Shown here: piece after piece, positions 12,357 through 21,900 of the stretch
How the letters are laid out: every line of letters starts with the position of its first letter
How positions within the stretch are numbered: position 1 is the first letter of the stretch
From: an uncultured Gammaproteobacteria bacterium
GTDB taxonomy: Bacteria > Pseudomonadota > Gammaproteobacteria > DRLM01
Length of the DNA: 64,000 nucleotides
Assembly: GCA_963729605.1 (NCBI GenBank)
Contig: CAVSNY010000007.1
Coordinates: 640,001 to 704,000, forward strand
Direction of reading: 5' to 3'
The notes under the pieces: generated by a model
Databases searched by the model: none
The model's input: only the letters and a program-made list of their open reading frames with translations
Told to the model about the DNA's origin: nothing
Program-made: the position numbers and the translations under genes

Positions 12357-12380
12357 TTGACGCCATGCCAATGGCGTCAA
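12357..12380. promoter_or_regulatory. Perfect 10-bp inverted repeat in the divergent promoter region, possible operator
   Basis: ttgacgccat-gcca-atggcgtcaa. Confidence 0.4.
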
Positions 12381-12674
12381 CATGGCCTTTTTTGTAAGGT
12401 CCGGGGTTAAGTCAAAGAAATCCAGATGGAGGTGTGTCGTGCTAGATACTGCAGGGGTAATTACCATTTATACCGTTTGGTTTACAGTAATTTTTCTGTT
12501 TGCCACGATTCTTCTCAAGGTCAATTCTAAAAAGTAACAGCCTCAGCCTGAGAATTTTTTGATCGCGAAGAGGGCGGATCATCAGGCAAAGTGGGATCCG
12601 ATTTAGGGTAGGTGGGTGGCCTGCGATGGTCATTGCACGCTAGGATATAAGCTAGAGTGGGAGGGGGTCTGTCG

Positions 12675-13466
12675 ATGCGACACGTCATAGCGATTGTTTC
12701 AGCGGTAATGTTAGGGGTGCTGGCCCCGACGGGGGCGTTTGCCTCGGATGCCTTTTGGCCAAAGGGCGATGGCAATAAAGCCAATGGCGAAAAGATTTTT
12801 AAAGAAGGCAAGGGGGATGTCCCGGCTTGTGTAACTTGTCACGGTGAAGACGGTTCCGGTAATGACGATATGGGTACGCCGCGTATCTCGGGGCAATTTT
12901 TTACCTTTTTGCTGAAGCAGCTTGAAGATTATGCGGCCGATAAGCGGATGGATGCCACGATGTTCGTGATGAACGCCAACGCGAAGGGTTTGTCGACGCA
13001 GGATCGTCGGGATGTGGCCACTTATTTGGCGGCCAAGAAGATCGACTTTAACGGTTCCGACCTCAAGGCCTTGGAAGCGAATGGTCATGTGGTGGGTTTG
13101 GAGTATAAAGGGCGTGCCTTGGTGGAGTACGGTAGTCCGGAACGAAACGATGGCTTTCCTAATAGTTTGGGCAGTAAAGGTCCGGGTGCCCCAGCCTGCA
13201 AATCTTGTCATGGGTATGCCGGAAACGGTGCGCCGCCGCTCTATCCCATGATAGGCAAGCAGCGTTATGTTTATCTCGTGAATCAGTTGAAGAACTGGCG
13301 TGACGGTAGTCGTGCCAATGATCCCATGGGTCAAATGCAGGTGGTTGCGAGAAAGTTATCCGATGAGGATATTTATAACGCGGCGGCTTATTTGACCGGT
13401 GCAAATGAATTGACTATGGGTAATCCCCGTACGCCTTATGATAATCGCTTCGATGACCGTAAGTAA
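12675..13466 (+). CDS. Diheme cytochrome c4-type periplasmic cytochrome
   Basis: Signal peptide ending AFA; CVTCH and CKSCH; c4-like PRISGQ/PMIGKQ..YL..QL; axial Met motifs. Confidence 0.9.
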   Translation: MRHVIAIVSAVMLGVLAPTGAFASDAFWPKGDGNKANGEKIFKEGKGDVPACVTCHGEDGSGNDDMGTPRISGQFFTFLLKQLEDYAADKRMDATMFVMNANAKGLSTQDRRDVATYLAAKKIDFNGSDLKALEANGHVVGLEYKGRALVEYGSPERNDGFPNSLGSKGPGAPACKSCHGYAGNGAPPLYPMIGKQRYVYLVNQLKNWRDGSRANDPMGQMQVVARKLSDEDIYNAAAYLTGANELTMGNPRTPYDNRFDDRK

Positions 13467-13551
13467 TGGCGGTCGTACCCGCCGATAGCGGTCGTGATTG
13501 CGCGGCGCCTGCGCTGCGTGAGCGGATCGTGATTTAAATAGAGGCATTTTT

Positions 13552-13582
13552 AGAGGGCGGGGTGAACCTGCCCTCTTTCTTT
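13552..13582 (+). terminator. Probable intrinsic terminator after the c4 gene
   Basis: agagggcggg-gtgaa-cctgccctct followed by ttcttt. Confidence 0.6.
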
Positions 13583-13663
13583 ATGTCCAATGAAATGCTG
13601 ATATAGTTCGTTTCACTTTCTCAAAATATGTCTTCTTAATCCGAACGGTTGGTACGCTGTCAT

Positions 13664-14218
13664 ATGAGTAAACAACCCCTGAAGCGCGGTGAAAAAGTCC
13701 TGTTTAGTATTTTTGGGGTCTTCTTTTTATTGGCGATGATCGCGTATGTCGCGATAGAAACCGTGCGGATACGTTCTGATAAACCCCTGTTTCCGCAAAC
13801 TACCCATTTTGATTTTTCGGAGCAGGGAAAGCAGGGCTCATCGATCTACCTCAAGGCCAATTGTAATGCTTGTCATCGCGCCCTGCGCTCGGGTACCAGC
13901 ATGGGCTTGTCTCTCGATGGAATTGGATCTAAGCGTTCTATCGAATGGTTAGAAAAATTCCTGCGCGACCCTGGGGCTGTGTATGAAGGCGCGACCGTGG
14001 ATCACGGTTTATCCCAGGAGGCGGCTTATGTTTCCAGGATGCCGCCTGAAGATTTGCGGTTGATCGCGGTGTTTCTCTCTGAGTTGAGGGCTGATCCGGG
14101 TTCTTCGGTGGCAAAAAGGCCGCCTGAGGGGCGTTCTCCGTTTATCGACTCGATGATAGGGACATGGGCGCCGGAAAGCTGGAAGGAAAAATACCAGGAT
14201 ATCCGTGATAAGCAGTAA
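13664..14218 (+). CDS. Membrane-anchored monoheme cytochrome c (CcoO/NorC-like)
   Basis: N-terminal TM, CNACH, LDGIGSKRSIEWLEKFLRDP. Confidence 0.85.
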   Translation: MSKQPLKRGEKVLFSIFGVFFLLAMIAYVAIETVRIRSDKPLFPQTTHFDFSEQGKQGSSIYLKANCNACHRALRSGTSMGLSLDGIGSKRSIEWLEKFLRDPGAVYEGATVDHGLSQEAAYVSRMPPEDLRLIAVFLSELRADPGSSVAKRPPEGRSPFIDSMIGTWAPESWKEKYQDIRDKQ

Positions 14219-14252
14219 TAAATACTTAAGATGTAAGGCGAGATAACAGCGA

Positions 14253-14777
14253 ATGAAAGACGTTTCCATTTCCGTACAAGAAATAGAATATCGGCGCTAT
14301 ACCCTCTGGTTTATTTATGCTTGTATTGTTTACAGTATTATTGGATTTTCGTGGGGCGCCCTAATGGGTGGCATCCCGGAATTTCGTCATTTCGTGGACC
14401 ATCGGGCTCACGGGGATCTCATCGTGCGGGGGCATACCCATGTCAATCTGCTGGGTTGGGTGGAGATGGCGATTTTCGCGGCGGTTTATTATATCGTTCC
14501 TCGGATGGTAAAGCGGTCTATTTATAGCTTGCGTCTGGTCAAGGTCCATTTTTGGATCCATAACCTGGGGTTGATCGGCATGGTGGTTTTCTTCACGGTG
14601 GCCGGCATAGCGGGTGGTGTTGCGAGTCAGACGGTCGAGCCGGCCGAGGTTGAAGCGATCATTCGGCCGTTTTTGGCGCTGGTCGGTATTTTCGGCAGCC
14701 TGGTGTTGTTGGCCAACTGTATTTGGGCGTACAACTTGTTCAGGACCTGTGCGGGTTGGGAGAAAAACTATGCATAG
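14253..14777 (+). CDS. 4-TM heme-copper-oxidase subunit I homologue (single repeat unit, CcoN C-terminal-like)
   Basis: GHTHVNLLGW, YYIVPRM, IYSLRLVKVHFW parallel CcoN AHAHLALLG, LYSLVLANFHFW. Confidence 0.8.
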   Translation: MKDVSISVQEIEYRRYTLWFIYACIVYSIIGFSWGALMGGIPEFRHFVDHRAHGDLIVRGHTHVNLLGWVEMAIFAAVYYIVPRMVKRSIYSLRLVKVHFWIHNLGLIGMVVFFTVAGIAGGVASQTVEPAEVEAIIRPFLALVGIFGSLVLLANCIWAYNLFRTCAGWEKNYA

Positions 14778-15276
14778 ACGTGCCAAACTCTCCATCATGT
14801 TGGCGATTGTCATGGGCGTGCTGTCGGGTTGTGGCTTTGCCCCCGAATCTTCCTTGAAGGTGGGTTTAAAGGCGCCGGTTATTCAGACTAAGACCCTGGC
14901 CGATGTCGGTGGTGATTTTAGCCGCATCACTTCCTATCGTTATCCCGACGAGCGTATGTATCAGCACTCCTTGGATAAGGCCTTACAGCAGGGCAAGCCC
15001 ATACTTGTGGAATTTGCCACGCCGGGTCATTGCACCGTATGCGACGTGCAGTTGCAGATGCTAAAGTCCCTGGTGAACAAATACGATCCGGAGGTTATAT
15101 TTTTACATATGGATCAATATGAAAATCCAGGTGCGTTTAAAGCCTTTAATGTCAAGGGTGATCCTTGGACCTTTTTGATAGACGCCAAAGGGGTTGTGCG
15201 ATTCAAGCAGCCGGGCCGGATGTTGTACGGCGAGCTGGAAAGGCAGATTGAGCGTGTCAAGAATGGTCAGGGGTAG
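14770..15276 (+). CDS. Thioredoxin-fold lipoprotein
   Basis: Lipobox LSGC, PILVEFATPGHCTVC (CxxC), cis-Pro GDPWTFLID. Confidence 0.8.
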   Translation: MHRRAKLSIMLAIVMGVLSGCGFAPESSLKVGLKAPVIQTKTLADVGGDFSRITSYRYPDERMYQHSLDKALQQGKPILVEFATPGHCTVCDVQLQMLKSLVNKYDPEVIFLHMDQYENPGAFKAFNVKGDPWTFLIDAKGVVRFKQPGRMLYGELERQIERVKNGQG

Positions 15277-15279
15277 CCC

Positions 15280-15738
15280 ATGGCGGGCAAAGAGAAACGT
15301 TATGAGTTGCAGCAAGACCGCAAGGGGATGGTGTGGGACCTGCTGCTGTATGTCCCAACTGTCACGGCGCTGATACTGATCGGAGTCAAGTTGTGGTTTG
15401 GGCCCAACCAAGGTTGGGCATATCTGCTGATTTTCCTTGGAACATTCTTTTTTCTGATTGGCTTCAATCGGATTATGAAAACGCGGCTTATGGTGTTTCC
15501 TGGTTCTCCGGTCACCTTGGAGGTGACTAAGGACCGCGTTAGCATCGGATTGAGAAATGGGGCGGTGGTGAGTATGGTGAAAGACATCCGCTACTTTTCG
15601 GAGGTGGGTGGAAAGACCATCGCGCTGACCGGGATCGATGCGTCGGGACAGAAACAACAGCACATATTCCATCAAGGCCAGTTTAAGGACGAGGCGGTTT
15701 TCAAGGATGCGAAGAGCTGGCTGGAGGTGTACCGCTAG
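15280..15738 (+). CDS. Hypothetical membrane protein (2 TM + soluble domain)
   Basis: Co-oriented, closely coupled ORF with two hydrophobic segments. Confidence 0.75.
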   Translation: MAGKEKRYELQQDRKGMVWDLLLYVPTVTALILIGVKLWFGPNQGWAYLLIFLGTFFFLIGFNRIMKTRLMVFPGSPVTLEVTKDRVSIGLRNGAVVSMVKDIRYFSEVGGKTIALTGIDASGQKQQHIFHQGQFKDEAVFKDAKSWLEVYR

Positions 15739-15780
15739 AATCCTCTGGGGTGCGGGGCAGCGAGGAGAGGATTGCTTAGC

Positions 15781-16005
15781 TTAGGAGGGGTCGTCCGAGC
15801 GAAATTGAGAGGGGGGAAGTTTGCGCCTTCTCACGACGTCCCTTGCCAGGAGCGCCATGCCCACCGCCGCTGTTATAACGACACCGAGCATGACGAGGGA
15901 TTCTGTTTCTTCGCTCACCAACCCTCCTATAAACATATGGACGGTGTAGGCCAGCATCGTTAGAGAGCTCAAGGCAACGAGGCCGTATATAACTATTTCT
16001 TTCAT
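15781..16005 (-). CDS. Small 2-TM membrane protein (74 aa)
   Basis: MKEIVIYGLVALSSL...VHMFIGGLVS...RDVVRRRK; positive-inside C-terminus. Confidence 0.65.
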   Translation of the reverse strand: MKEIVIYGLVALSSLTMLAYTVHMFIGGLVSEETESLVMLGVVITAAVGMALLARDVVRRRKLPPSQFRSDDPS

Positions 16006-16325
16006 TGAAGAGCGGCTCAGGGACTCGTAATTTTTGGCAATGATACGCATACCTTTGGGGCTGGACAAGGTCCGTGAAGGTCGGAAGCGAAGTATCGAAA
16101 AGCGGCGGTGAAAGAAGGCTATACTCCTAGTTGACGAAGGCAGGGTAGGGGTGTATGTTTTCAAAATAAGTTTGAAATGATCGCTTGTGGTGTATCGGCG
16201 ATCGCCAACTAGAAAAATGATGGCCTGTTTTTGGGCGAGAGTGTTTGAATTTGCTAGTTTTTGCTTTTAGCTCGTGTTCGTTAGTTGGGTCAACCGTCTT
16301 CTTAAGCTATAAATCGGGGGGGAAA

Positions 16326-16616
16326 ATGGAGAACAAACTTACTTTCGGCCGCCTCTTCTTCTTCTTGTTGGTGCCTGCATTTACCACGGGAATGGGAAAC
16401 GGTAGTGTGTTCGGGGCGGCGGTTATGTGTGCGCTCGGTCGCGGGGGATATGAAAGTTGGGGAGGCTGGGGAATGGATGCCTACGATCCGGCAACCTTTT
16501 CCGGCTTCGTCAATTGGATGATGATCGTTTTCGGGATTGCTTTCTGTGTCATTACAATGTTGGCAATGAAAAAGCATGGAGAAATCGAAGCTCAGCGCGA
16601 TAATACCGCTTGGTAA
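16326..16616 (+). CDS. Small membrane protein (96 aa) heading the oxidase operon
   Basis: G-rich RBS before ATG 16326; hydrophobic segments. Confidence 0.75.
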   Translation: MENKLTFGRLFFFLLVPAFTTGMGNGSVFGAAVMCALGRGGYESWGGWGMDAYDPATFSGFVNWMMIVFGIAFCVITMLAMKKHGEIEAQRDNTAW

Positions 16617-16688
16617 GCGCTCTTCGCTGACGAATGGATTGATGCGTACCGATCCGTAAGACATATTGTTCGCATAAAGGGGGAAATT

Positions 16689-16778
16689 ATGGCTGCAACC
16701 GCGAGTGCCTTCTGTATTGTCTTGGCGTTTTCAAGTATGTGGTTTACTTGGTACTTGATGAACAAGATGACCGAGTGA
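16689..16778 (+). CDS. Single-TM microprotein, 29 aa (MAATASAFCIVLAFSSMWFTWYLMNKMTE)
   Basis: aaggggg RBS upstream; sits between co-oriented genes just before ccoN; below ORF-track cutoff. Confidence 0.6.
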   Translation: MAATASAFCIVLAFSSMWFTWYLMNKMTE

Positions 16779-16839
16779 GGGTTGAAGTATTGCGAGTGTT
16801 TGAAAAAACACTAGGGATTATTAGGGAGAGGCTACTGCT

Positions 16840-18249
16840 ATGCTGTTAAAATATCTCTTTGCAAAAAATGAGGATATACCGGCGGGGTCGTCGACAATAT
16901 TCTTTGGATATTCGGCGATCTTTTGGTTTGTTGTGGGGACGGGGATCGGTTCTTTCAATGCCGCCAAGCTCGCATTTCCCGATTTTGCAACCGGCGTCGA
17001 GCTGTTTGCGTTTGGACATATGCGGCAGGTGCACGTGCTGGCGGTCATCTTGGGCTGGATTTCGATGGCCTTCGCGATGACCATGATGTACATGACCCCG
17101 GCGTTGGGTAATACCAAGTTATGGTCGGAAAAACTGGGTTTGTGGACCGCGTTCAATTGGAATGTGGGTCTCAGCCTGGGTTTGATTCTGTTGTGGGCTG
17201 GTTTTACCTCGGGCCGGGAATACTCCGATTTGATCTGGCCTATCGACTTGGTGGTGATCTTCGGCGTGCTGGTCCCGCTGGGCATTAACGTGTGGATGAC
17301 CATCGCTCAACGTAGAACGCAGGGTATCTACATTACCAACTGGTTCTTCGGTGCATGTATTTTCTTCCTTATTGTTGTGTTTTTGGTGGGTCAATCCGCC
17401 GAGCTGTTTAATTTGACCGGTTTGACGGAAGGTTATCTCACCTTCTGGTTTGCCCATAACGTGCTGGGCTTGTGGATCACTCCGGTGGCTGCGGGTATTG
17501 CTTATTACACCATCCCCAAGCTGACGGGTAATCCCCTGTACTCGCATCGCATCGGTCATCTGCATTTCTGGTCTATCATTGCCTTCTACTCAACGCCGGC
17601 TTCCCATCATCTGTTGTCGGCGCCGTTGCCGGAGTGGTTGAAATCTTTCGCTTCGGTTGAAGGTGTGTTGATTCTGATCCCCGCCGTAGCGTTTGTCGCG
17701 AACATCCTTCTCACCATGAAAGGTCGTTGGAGCATGTTTGTGGAAAACGTGGAGATTAAGTTCTCCGTGACCGGCGTATTGCTGGCCATTCCTCTAAATA
17801 TGCAAGGCGGTTTCCAGCAGACTCGTGCCATTAACTGGTACGTTCACGGCACCGGTTGGATTGTTGCCCATGCGCATTTGGCGTTATTGGGTATGTCCAG
17901 CTTCCTGGAAATTGCGGCCGTGTATTTCGGTTTGCAGCAAGTGTTGCGTAGAAAACTTTACTCCTTGGTCTTGGCCAACTTCCATTTCTGGTTCGTCATC
18001 ATTGGGTTCTGTATTTATTGGATATCGATGACCATCGCAGGGTTGATCCAGGGTGCCGGTAAGATTTATGAGGTCCCCTATATTGACGTGGTTATCGCCG
18101 AGCATCCCTATATGATCGCGCGTTGGATAGGTGGAACCATGGTGTTTACGGGCAATATGGTGTGGCTGTACAACATGTACATGACCGCCCGCGAAGGTAC
18201 CATTGTGCCCAAGGGACGCTATGCGCATGAGATGGCATACGAGCGTTAA
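16840..18249 (+). CDS. ccoN: C-family (cbb3-like) heme-copper oxidase catalytic subunit I, divergent
   Basis: All six His ligands: RQVH, WFAHN, SHH, AHAH; helix VII Tyr (FYSTPASHH); GREY; LYSHRI. Confidence 0.9.
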   Translation: MLLKYLFAKNEDIPAGSSTIFFGYSAIFWFVVGTGIGSFNAAKLAFPDFATGVELFAFGHMRQVHVLAVILGWISMAFAMTMMYMTPALGNTKLWSEKLGLWTAFNWNVGLSLGLILLWAGFTSGREYSDLIWPIDLVVIFGVLVPLGINVWMTIAQRRTQGIYITNWFFGACIFFLIVVFLVGQSAELFNLTGLTEGYLTFWFAHNVLGLWITPVAAGIAYYTIPKLTGNPLYSHRIGHLHFWSIIAFYSTPASHHLLSAPLPEWLKSFASVEGVLILIPAVAFVANILLTMKGRWSMFVENVEIKFSVTGVLLAIPLNMQGGFQQTRAINWYVHGTGWIVAHAHLALLGMSSFLEIAAVYFGLQQVLRRKLYSLVLANFHFWFVIIGFCIYWISMTIAGLIQGAGKIYEVPYIDVVIAEHPYMIARWIGGTMVFTGNMVWLYNMYMTAREGTIVPKGRYAHEMAYER

Positions 18250-18287
18250 TTCGACGTTCATATAGTCATACCCTCAGGTAAGTTGTG

Positions 18288-18321
18288 GTCCCAAGCGCGG
18301 TTTAAATGCCGTGCTTGGGAC
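18288..18321 (+). other. Intercistronic stem-loop between ccoN and ccoO
   Basis: gtcccaagcgcgg-tttaaatg-ccgtgcttgggac, no U-tract. Confidence 0.6.
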
Positions 18322-18348
18322 TAGGGGAAAACAGGGGAGGAAGCTTAC

Positions 18349-19305
18349 GTGGCATTTCAAACATACAAATTAGGATCGATTGGTATTGGAGCAATGTTGG
18401 GATTGTCCATGACAATCACCCTCATGTTGCCTAGTTTCGACTTCCGGTCAGCGGAGTCGACGTGGGTGGGCTTGGATAAATCACTTTCCAATGGCCTTCG
18501 GATAGGCTGGAGTTATGAGGACCCCTTTGTGATAGGGGCGGGTAAACCGCTTACGGTGATTCTCAATGCGAATCCTAAAACCGGTGAGCCATATGATCCC
18601 CCCATCCGGGCTTATGTTTACCAAGCGGGGACGCCGTTCGCTTCCGGTATCGAGCATCCGGATAACCTTGGACCAACTGTTAAAAGATTGAGTTTGGAAC
18701 GAGGTAAGATCGATCAAGCAGACAGAAGCCAGGGTGCGGTTTTTACCATTGAGTTTACTGACGTCAATGGGCAAGAGTGGGCTTATGTGGTAAATGAGAC
18801 GGCTACCCAAGGCTGGACACCGCAAGAAGTGCTCAACGCGGCGGGGGATGAAAATACCCGTTACGTTGCGCGTGGTAAGACGGTTTACATTACCGAAGGT
18901 TGCTGGTGGTGCCATACCTTATTGCCGGAACATACTCAGGACTGGCAGGTCTTTGGTACTCCTCCCTACTTGGGAGACTTCAATGGAGAAATGCCGACCG
19001 CTTTCGGTTCTGATCGTAAAGCACCGGATCTCCTCCATGTCGCATCACGTAATTCATCTCGTGAATGGATGATGATGCATTTCTTCAACCCCCGTTTGGT
19101 ACAGCCCAATTCGATCATGCCGCGCTTTGATTATTTGTGGGGTAAGGTTGATGTGAACGGCAACCCAATCGATTTTGCCAAATGGCGTGCGGAATATACG
19201 GCCTATCGGAAGGGTGAACGTGCCTATCCTCCTGAGGTGCCGGAATACGCGCGGGATACTGAAATTCGCGCCCTGATCGACTGGGTCTTGACGAGTCTGA
19301 AGTAA
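18349..19305 (+). CDS. ccoO: cbb3-type subunit II (monoheme) with a ~150-aa extra periplasmic domain
   Basis: GKTVYITEGCWWCH, GSDRKAPDL, HFFNPR..PNSIMPRF; GTG start with ggggagg RBS. Confidence 0.85.
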   Translation: MAFQTYKLGSIGIGAMLGLSMTITLMLPSFDFRSAESTWVGLDKSLSNGLRIGWSYEDPFVIGAGKPLTVILNANPKTGEPYDPPIRAYVYQAGTPFASGIEHPDNLGPTVKRLSLERGKIDQADRSQGAVFTIEFTDVNGQEWAYVVNETATQGWTPQEVLNAAGDENTRYVARGKTVYITEGCWWCHTLLPEHTQDWQVFGTPPYLGDFNGEMPTAFGSDRKAPDLLHVASRNSSREWMMMHFFNPRLVQPNSIMPRFDYLWGKVDVNGNPIDFAKWRAEYTAYRKGERAYPPEVPEYARDTEIRALIDWVLTSLK

Positions 19306-19320
19306 GGGGAGGGTTTATAA

Positions 19321-19974
19321 ATGGCTTGGAAATTAGATAATCCGTTGTATTCATTGGCCGATGATGCGGAAAATAAGGCTACGATTGAGGCGTGGCAAAG
19401 GGAAAAACACGGTGGTTTGTGGGAAGGTAATAATCGTTTACCCTATCCGGTCACTTTTTTGATCGGGTTGATCATAATTACCGCCTTCCTCGTTACAAAA
19501 CCTATTTGGGGACAGCGCCCAACCGCCGAGTTGTATGCGCCCATGGTGGAGTTGATGGACTCGCCTGAAGTGCAGCAAATGGCGACTAAAGAAGAAAAGA
19601 TAGCCTATCTCACCGAGCGGGCCATGGAGGTTCATAAGTCGGCTGCGGACACCCGTCTGCCCGGTCTTTTGGAGCGCCATCCGATCCTCTGGGAGGATCT
19701 GCAGCTTGCAGCACCCCATATCCGCGAGATTAAGTCAGCGAGTGGTCCATATGGCTTGGAAAGTTATACAGTGGTAGGCGATCAAGTTGTACTTGCCAAC
19801 TTCGAGGGTAGCTATCGCCCCGACGGTCTGCGGGAGCGTACCCAGCCCTGGTGGGATAAAGGTTACACGATTGACCTTTTATATGTGGCTTATTTCATCA
19901 TAACGATGGTTATCGTGTGCAAGCGGCTTCCCCACTTCACACAAAAACCCGACATGTCTAAAGCGGTTAAATAA
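19321..19974 (+). CDS. Heme-less 2-TM protein with a CcoP N-terminal-like motif
   Basis: GGLWEGNNRLPYP+TM resembles CcoP DGIEEYDNPLPRWW; no CxxCH; occupies the ccoP position. Confidence 0.6.
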   Translation: MAWKLDNPLYSLADDAENKATIEAWQREKHGGLWEGNNRLPYPVTFLIGLIIITAFLVTKPIWGQRPTAELYAPMVELMDSPEVQQMATKEEKIAYLTERAMEVHKSAADTRLPGLLERHPILWEDLQLAAPHIREIKSASGPYGLESYTVVGDQVVLANFEGSYRPDGLRERTQPWWDKGYTIDLLYVAYFIITMVIVCKRLPHFTQKPDMSKAVK

Positions 19975-19988
19975 TAGGGGTAAATACC

Positions 19989-20138
19989 ATGGTTAATTTC
20001 GATTATGCGCCGGCTGTGTTCGCGGGGATTATCATTTTTGTGATTGTCGCTCCCGCTCTTTATGGGATTTTATTGGTCGATAAATTTTGGAAGAAAAATC
20101 AGCAGGATAAATCCGCTGGTGGTGATGCCTTCAATTAA
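19989..20138 (+). CDS. Single-TM microprotein, 49 aa (possible CcoQ-like small subunit)
   Basis: MVNFDYAPAVFAGIIIFVIVAPALYGILLVDKFWKKNQQ...; agggg RBS; last gene before a terminator. Confidence 0.65.
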   Translation: MVNFDYAPAVFAGIIIFVIVAPALYGILLVDKFWKKNQQDKSAGGDAFN

Positions 20139-20166
20139 TTAAATTAGATCAAAAGTAGTAAACACG

Positions 20167-20194
20167 GATGCCGCTTTCAAAGCGGCATCTTTTT
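20167..20194 (+). terminator. Intrinsic terminator ending the ccoNO unit
   Basis: gatgccgcttt-c-aaagcggcatc + ttttt. Confidence 0.8.
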
Positions 20195-20266
20195 ATCAGG
20201 ATCATTGCAACTTACTGATTCTTGATCATGACTAATGACAGTGTGCGATCTTAAGGTTGGAGTCTC

Positions 20267-20602
20267 ATGCGTGATGAATTGATGTCGCTGTTTATGCCTG
20301 AACAGCGCTTAGCGTCATTAGCTCAATTCATTACATCTGTGGTGGTTGAGGGTGACAATACTAAATTTTTCGGTCTTGATACGAGTATCGAAGGTCTTCG
20401 CTCGCAAGAGTATAGTAACTTTATCTTCGGTTTTTTGGTTTTTTCCCTGATCATTTTCGCGGTCATAATTTATCTTTACTTACCCAAGCGAAAAGGCGAC
20501 CTTAAGACCGGGGAAAAGATTATGTTTGGTGCCATCATCATGGGGATGGTGTTTGCCGTGGTGTTTGGTTATATCCAGCTGATAGGTGGATACCTATTCT
20601 AG
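20267..20602 (+). CDS. Hypothetical 2-TM membrane protein
   Basis: ggag RBS; two strong TM segments. Confidence 0.75.
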   Translation: MRDELMSLFMPEQRLASLAQFITSVVVEGDNTKFFGLDTSIEGLRSQEYSNFIFGFLVFSLIIFAVIIYLYLPKRKGDLKTGEKIMFGAIIMGMVFAVVFGYIQLIGGYLF

Positions 20603-20614
20603 GAGGATTGCGTC

Positions 20615-20902
20615 ATGAAAGAATTTGTCGAGTCATTGCCGGACGGTTGGACCATCTATTTATGGATGATTTTTGCGGCGGGTATTTTAATAGCGGCCGG
20701 TTTTATGTTGCGTTGGGCCGCCAAAAATGCCCAATTCGACGAGGACATAAAATATACGGTGTTTAACGAAGACGATAAAGATAAGATGGATCCCGAAGAA
20801 TATAAAAAGTCACGGGAAGTGATTGCCCATCAGACTCAACTTCGTAATGAGTACCTGGAAAAAAAGGCGGAAACGCATGCGGCTAAACATGCGGACAGGT
20901 GA
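20615..20902 (+). CDS. ccoS: CcoS/FixS-like cbb3 maturation protein
   Basis: TM followed by WAAKNAQFDED (cf. W...GQFDD); aggagg RBS. Confidence 0.7.
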   Translation: MKEFVESLPDGWTIYLWMIFAAGILIAAGFMLRWAAKNAQFDEDIKYTVFNEDDKDKMDPEEYKKSREVIAHQTQLRNEYLEKKAETHAAKHADR

Positions 20903-21407
20903 GAAAGGCATTTTAATTTTAATCGGGGTGATTGTGGTGACCCTGATGGGATACAGAACGTATAAGCTGGCAGTGGACGAGCCTGATCCTGGGATACCGT
21001 TTTATACAACCGCCCCGCATGAAGTCAAAAGAACGGCTGAACTCATCTATAAGCGTAATGGTTGTGATAATTGTCATTCTTTGTGGTTGGTCCGTAACAT
21101 GATGGCGAGCGTGCCGGCGCCTGCCCTGGATGGTATCGGCTCGCTCCGCGACGAAGCGTGGTTTTATGAGTACTTTTCAGCAGAACAACCGCAATCAATT
21201 TTGCCGTCCCGGCTGAAAAAGGAATTTCAGATGCCATCGTATGCGCATTTGCCAGAACAGGAACGAAAGTTGTTGGCGGCATATATGGCAAGCCTGAAAG
21301 TAGAAGACTGGTATTTGCATGAAACCAAAAAGGCGGAGTACGAAAAATTGACCGGCCTACCCTACCCAGAGACGGTGAGAGATGATGAGTCGGCGCCTGA
21401 AAAATAG
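20889..21407 (+). CDS. Membrane-anchored monoheme cytochrome c (CcoO-like)
   Basis: N-terminal TM, GCDNCH, APALDGIGS, MPSY. Confidence 0.85.
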   Translation: MRTGEKGILILIGVIVVTLMGYRTYKLAVDEPDPGIPFYTTAPHEVKRTAELIYKRNGCDNCHSLWLVRNMMASVPAPALDGIGSLRDEAWFYEYFSAEQPQSILPSRLKKEFQMPSYAHLPEQERKLLAAYMASLKVEDWYLHETKKAEYEKLTGLPYPETVRDDESAPEK

Positions 21408-21900
21408 GCTGGTCGATGTCGGTATGGCCTTTGTGGCCATCATGGCGGGTGCCTTGGTGGTCTATTTGGGCGATATGGCTTTGGGGATCACCCTCGAATT
21501 TTACTTCGGTGTCGCTACCTTCAGTCCGTTATGGGTGATGGATTTGTTCCTGGTGCCGTTTATCGCCGGGATAGTGGTATCTTACATCTATGGGCTGGGC
21601 GGAAAGATTTTGGCGCATTTTTCGCCCCTGATAGTGCGGGTCGCGAGCTTTTATTCGCTGAATAATGGGGGCGTGGTGCCGCCGGGTGTGGAAGTGCTGC
21701 CCATGGGCTTTTGGCTATTGGTAGTGATTATCTCAGTGGAGTTTGCCGCTTTTGGCGGAGTAGTGGGGGAGATCCTGGTTAAAAAAACCTATGGCCGCAC
21801 CGCGAAAGAATTGCTGCATAAGAAATATCAGATCGCTGAAGTGGATGAGTTGCCTGGTGTGGAAGACGTCGGGCAAAAACCGAGTGCCGTTAAAAAATGA
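21382..21900 (+). CDS. Hypothetical 4-TM membrane protein
   Basis: Hydrophobic ORF overlapping both neighbours. Confidence 0.75.
   Translation: MMSRRLKNRLVDVGMAFVAIMAGALVVYLGDMALGITLEFYFGVATFSPLWVMDLFLVPFIAGIVVSYIYGLGGKILAHFSPLIVRVASFYSLNNGGVVPPGVEVLPMGFWLLVVIISVEFAAFGGVVGEILVKKTYGRTAKELLHKKYQIAEVDELPGVEDVGQKPSAVKK

Noticed and set aside
16840-18249. Nitric oxide reductase NorB
   Set aside because: It has the C-family WxxHN motif and helix VII Tyr, lacks the NorB HLWVEG glutamate motif, and is followed by a CcoO-type gene.
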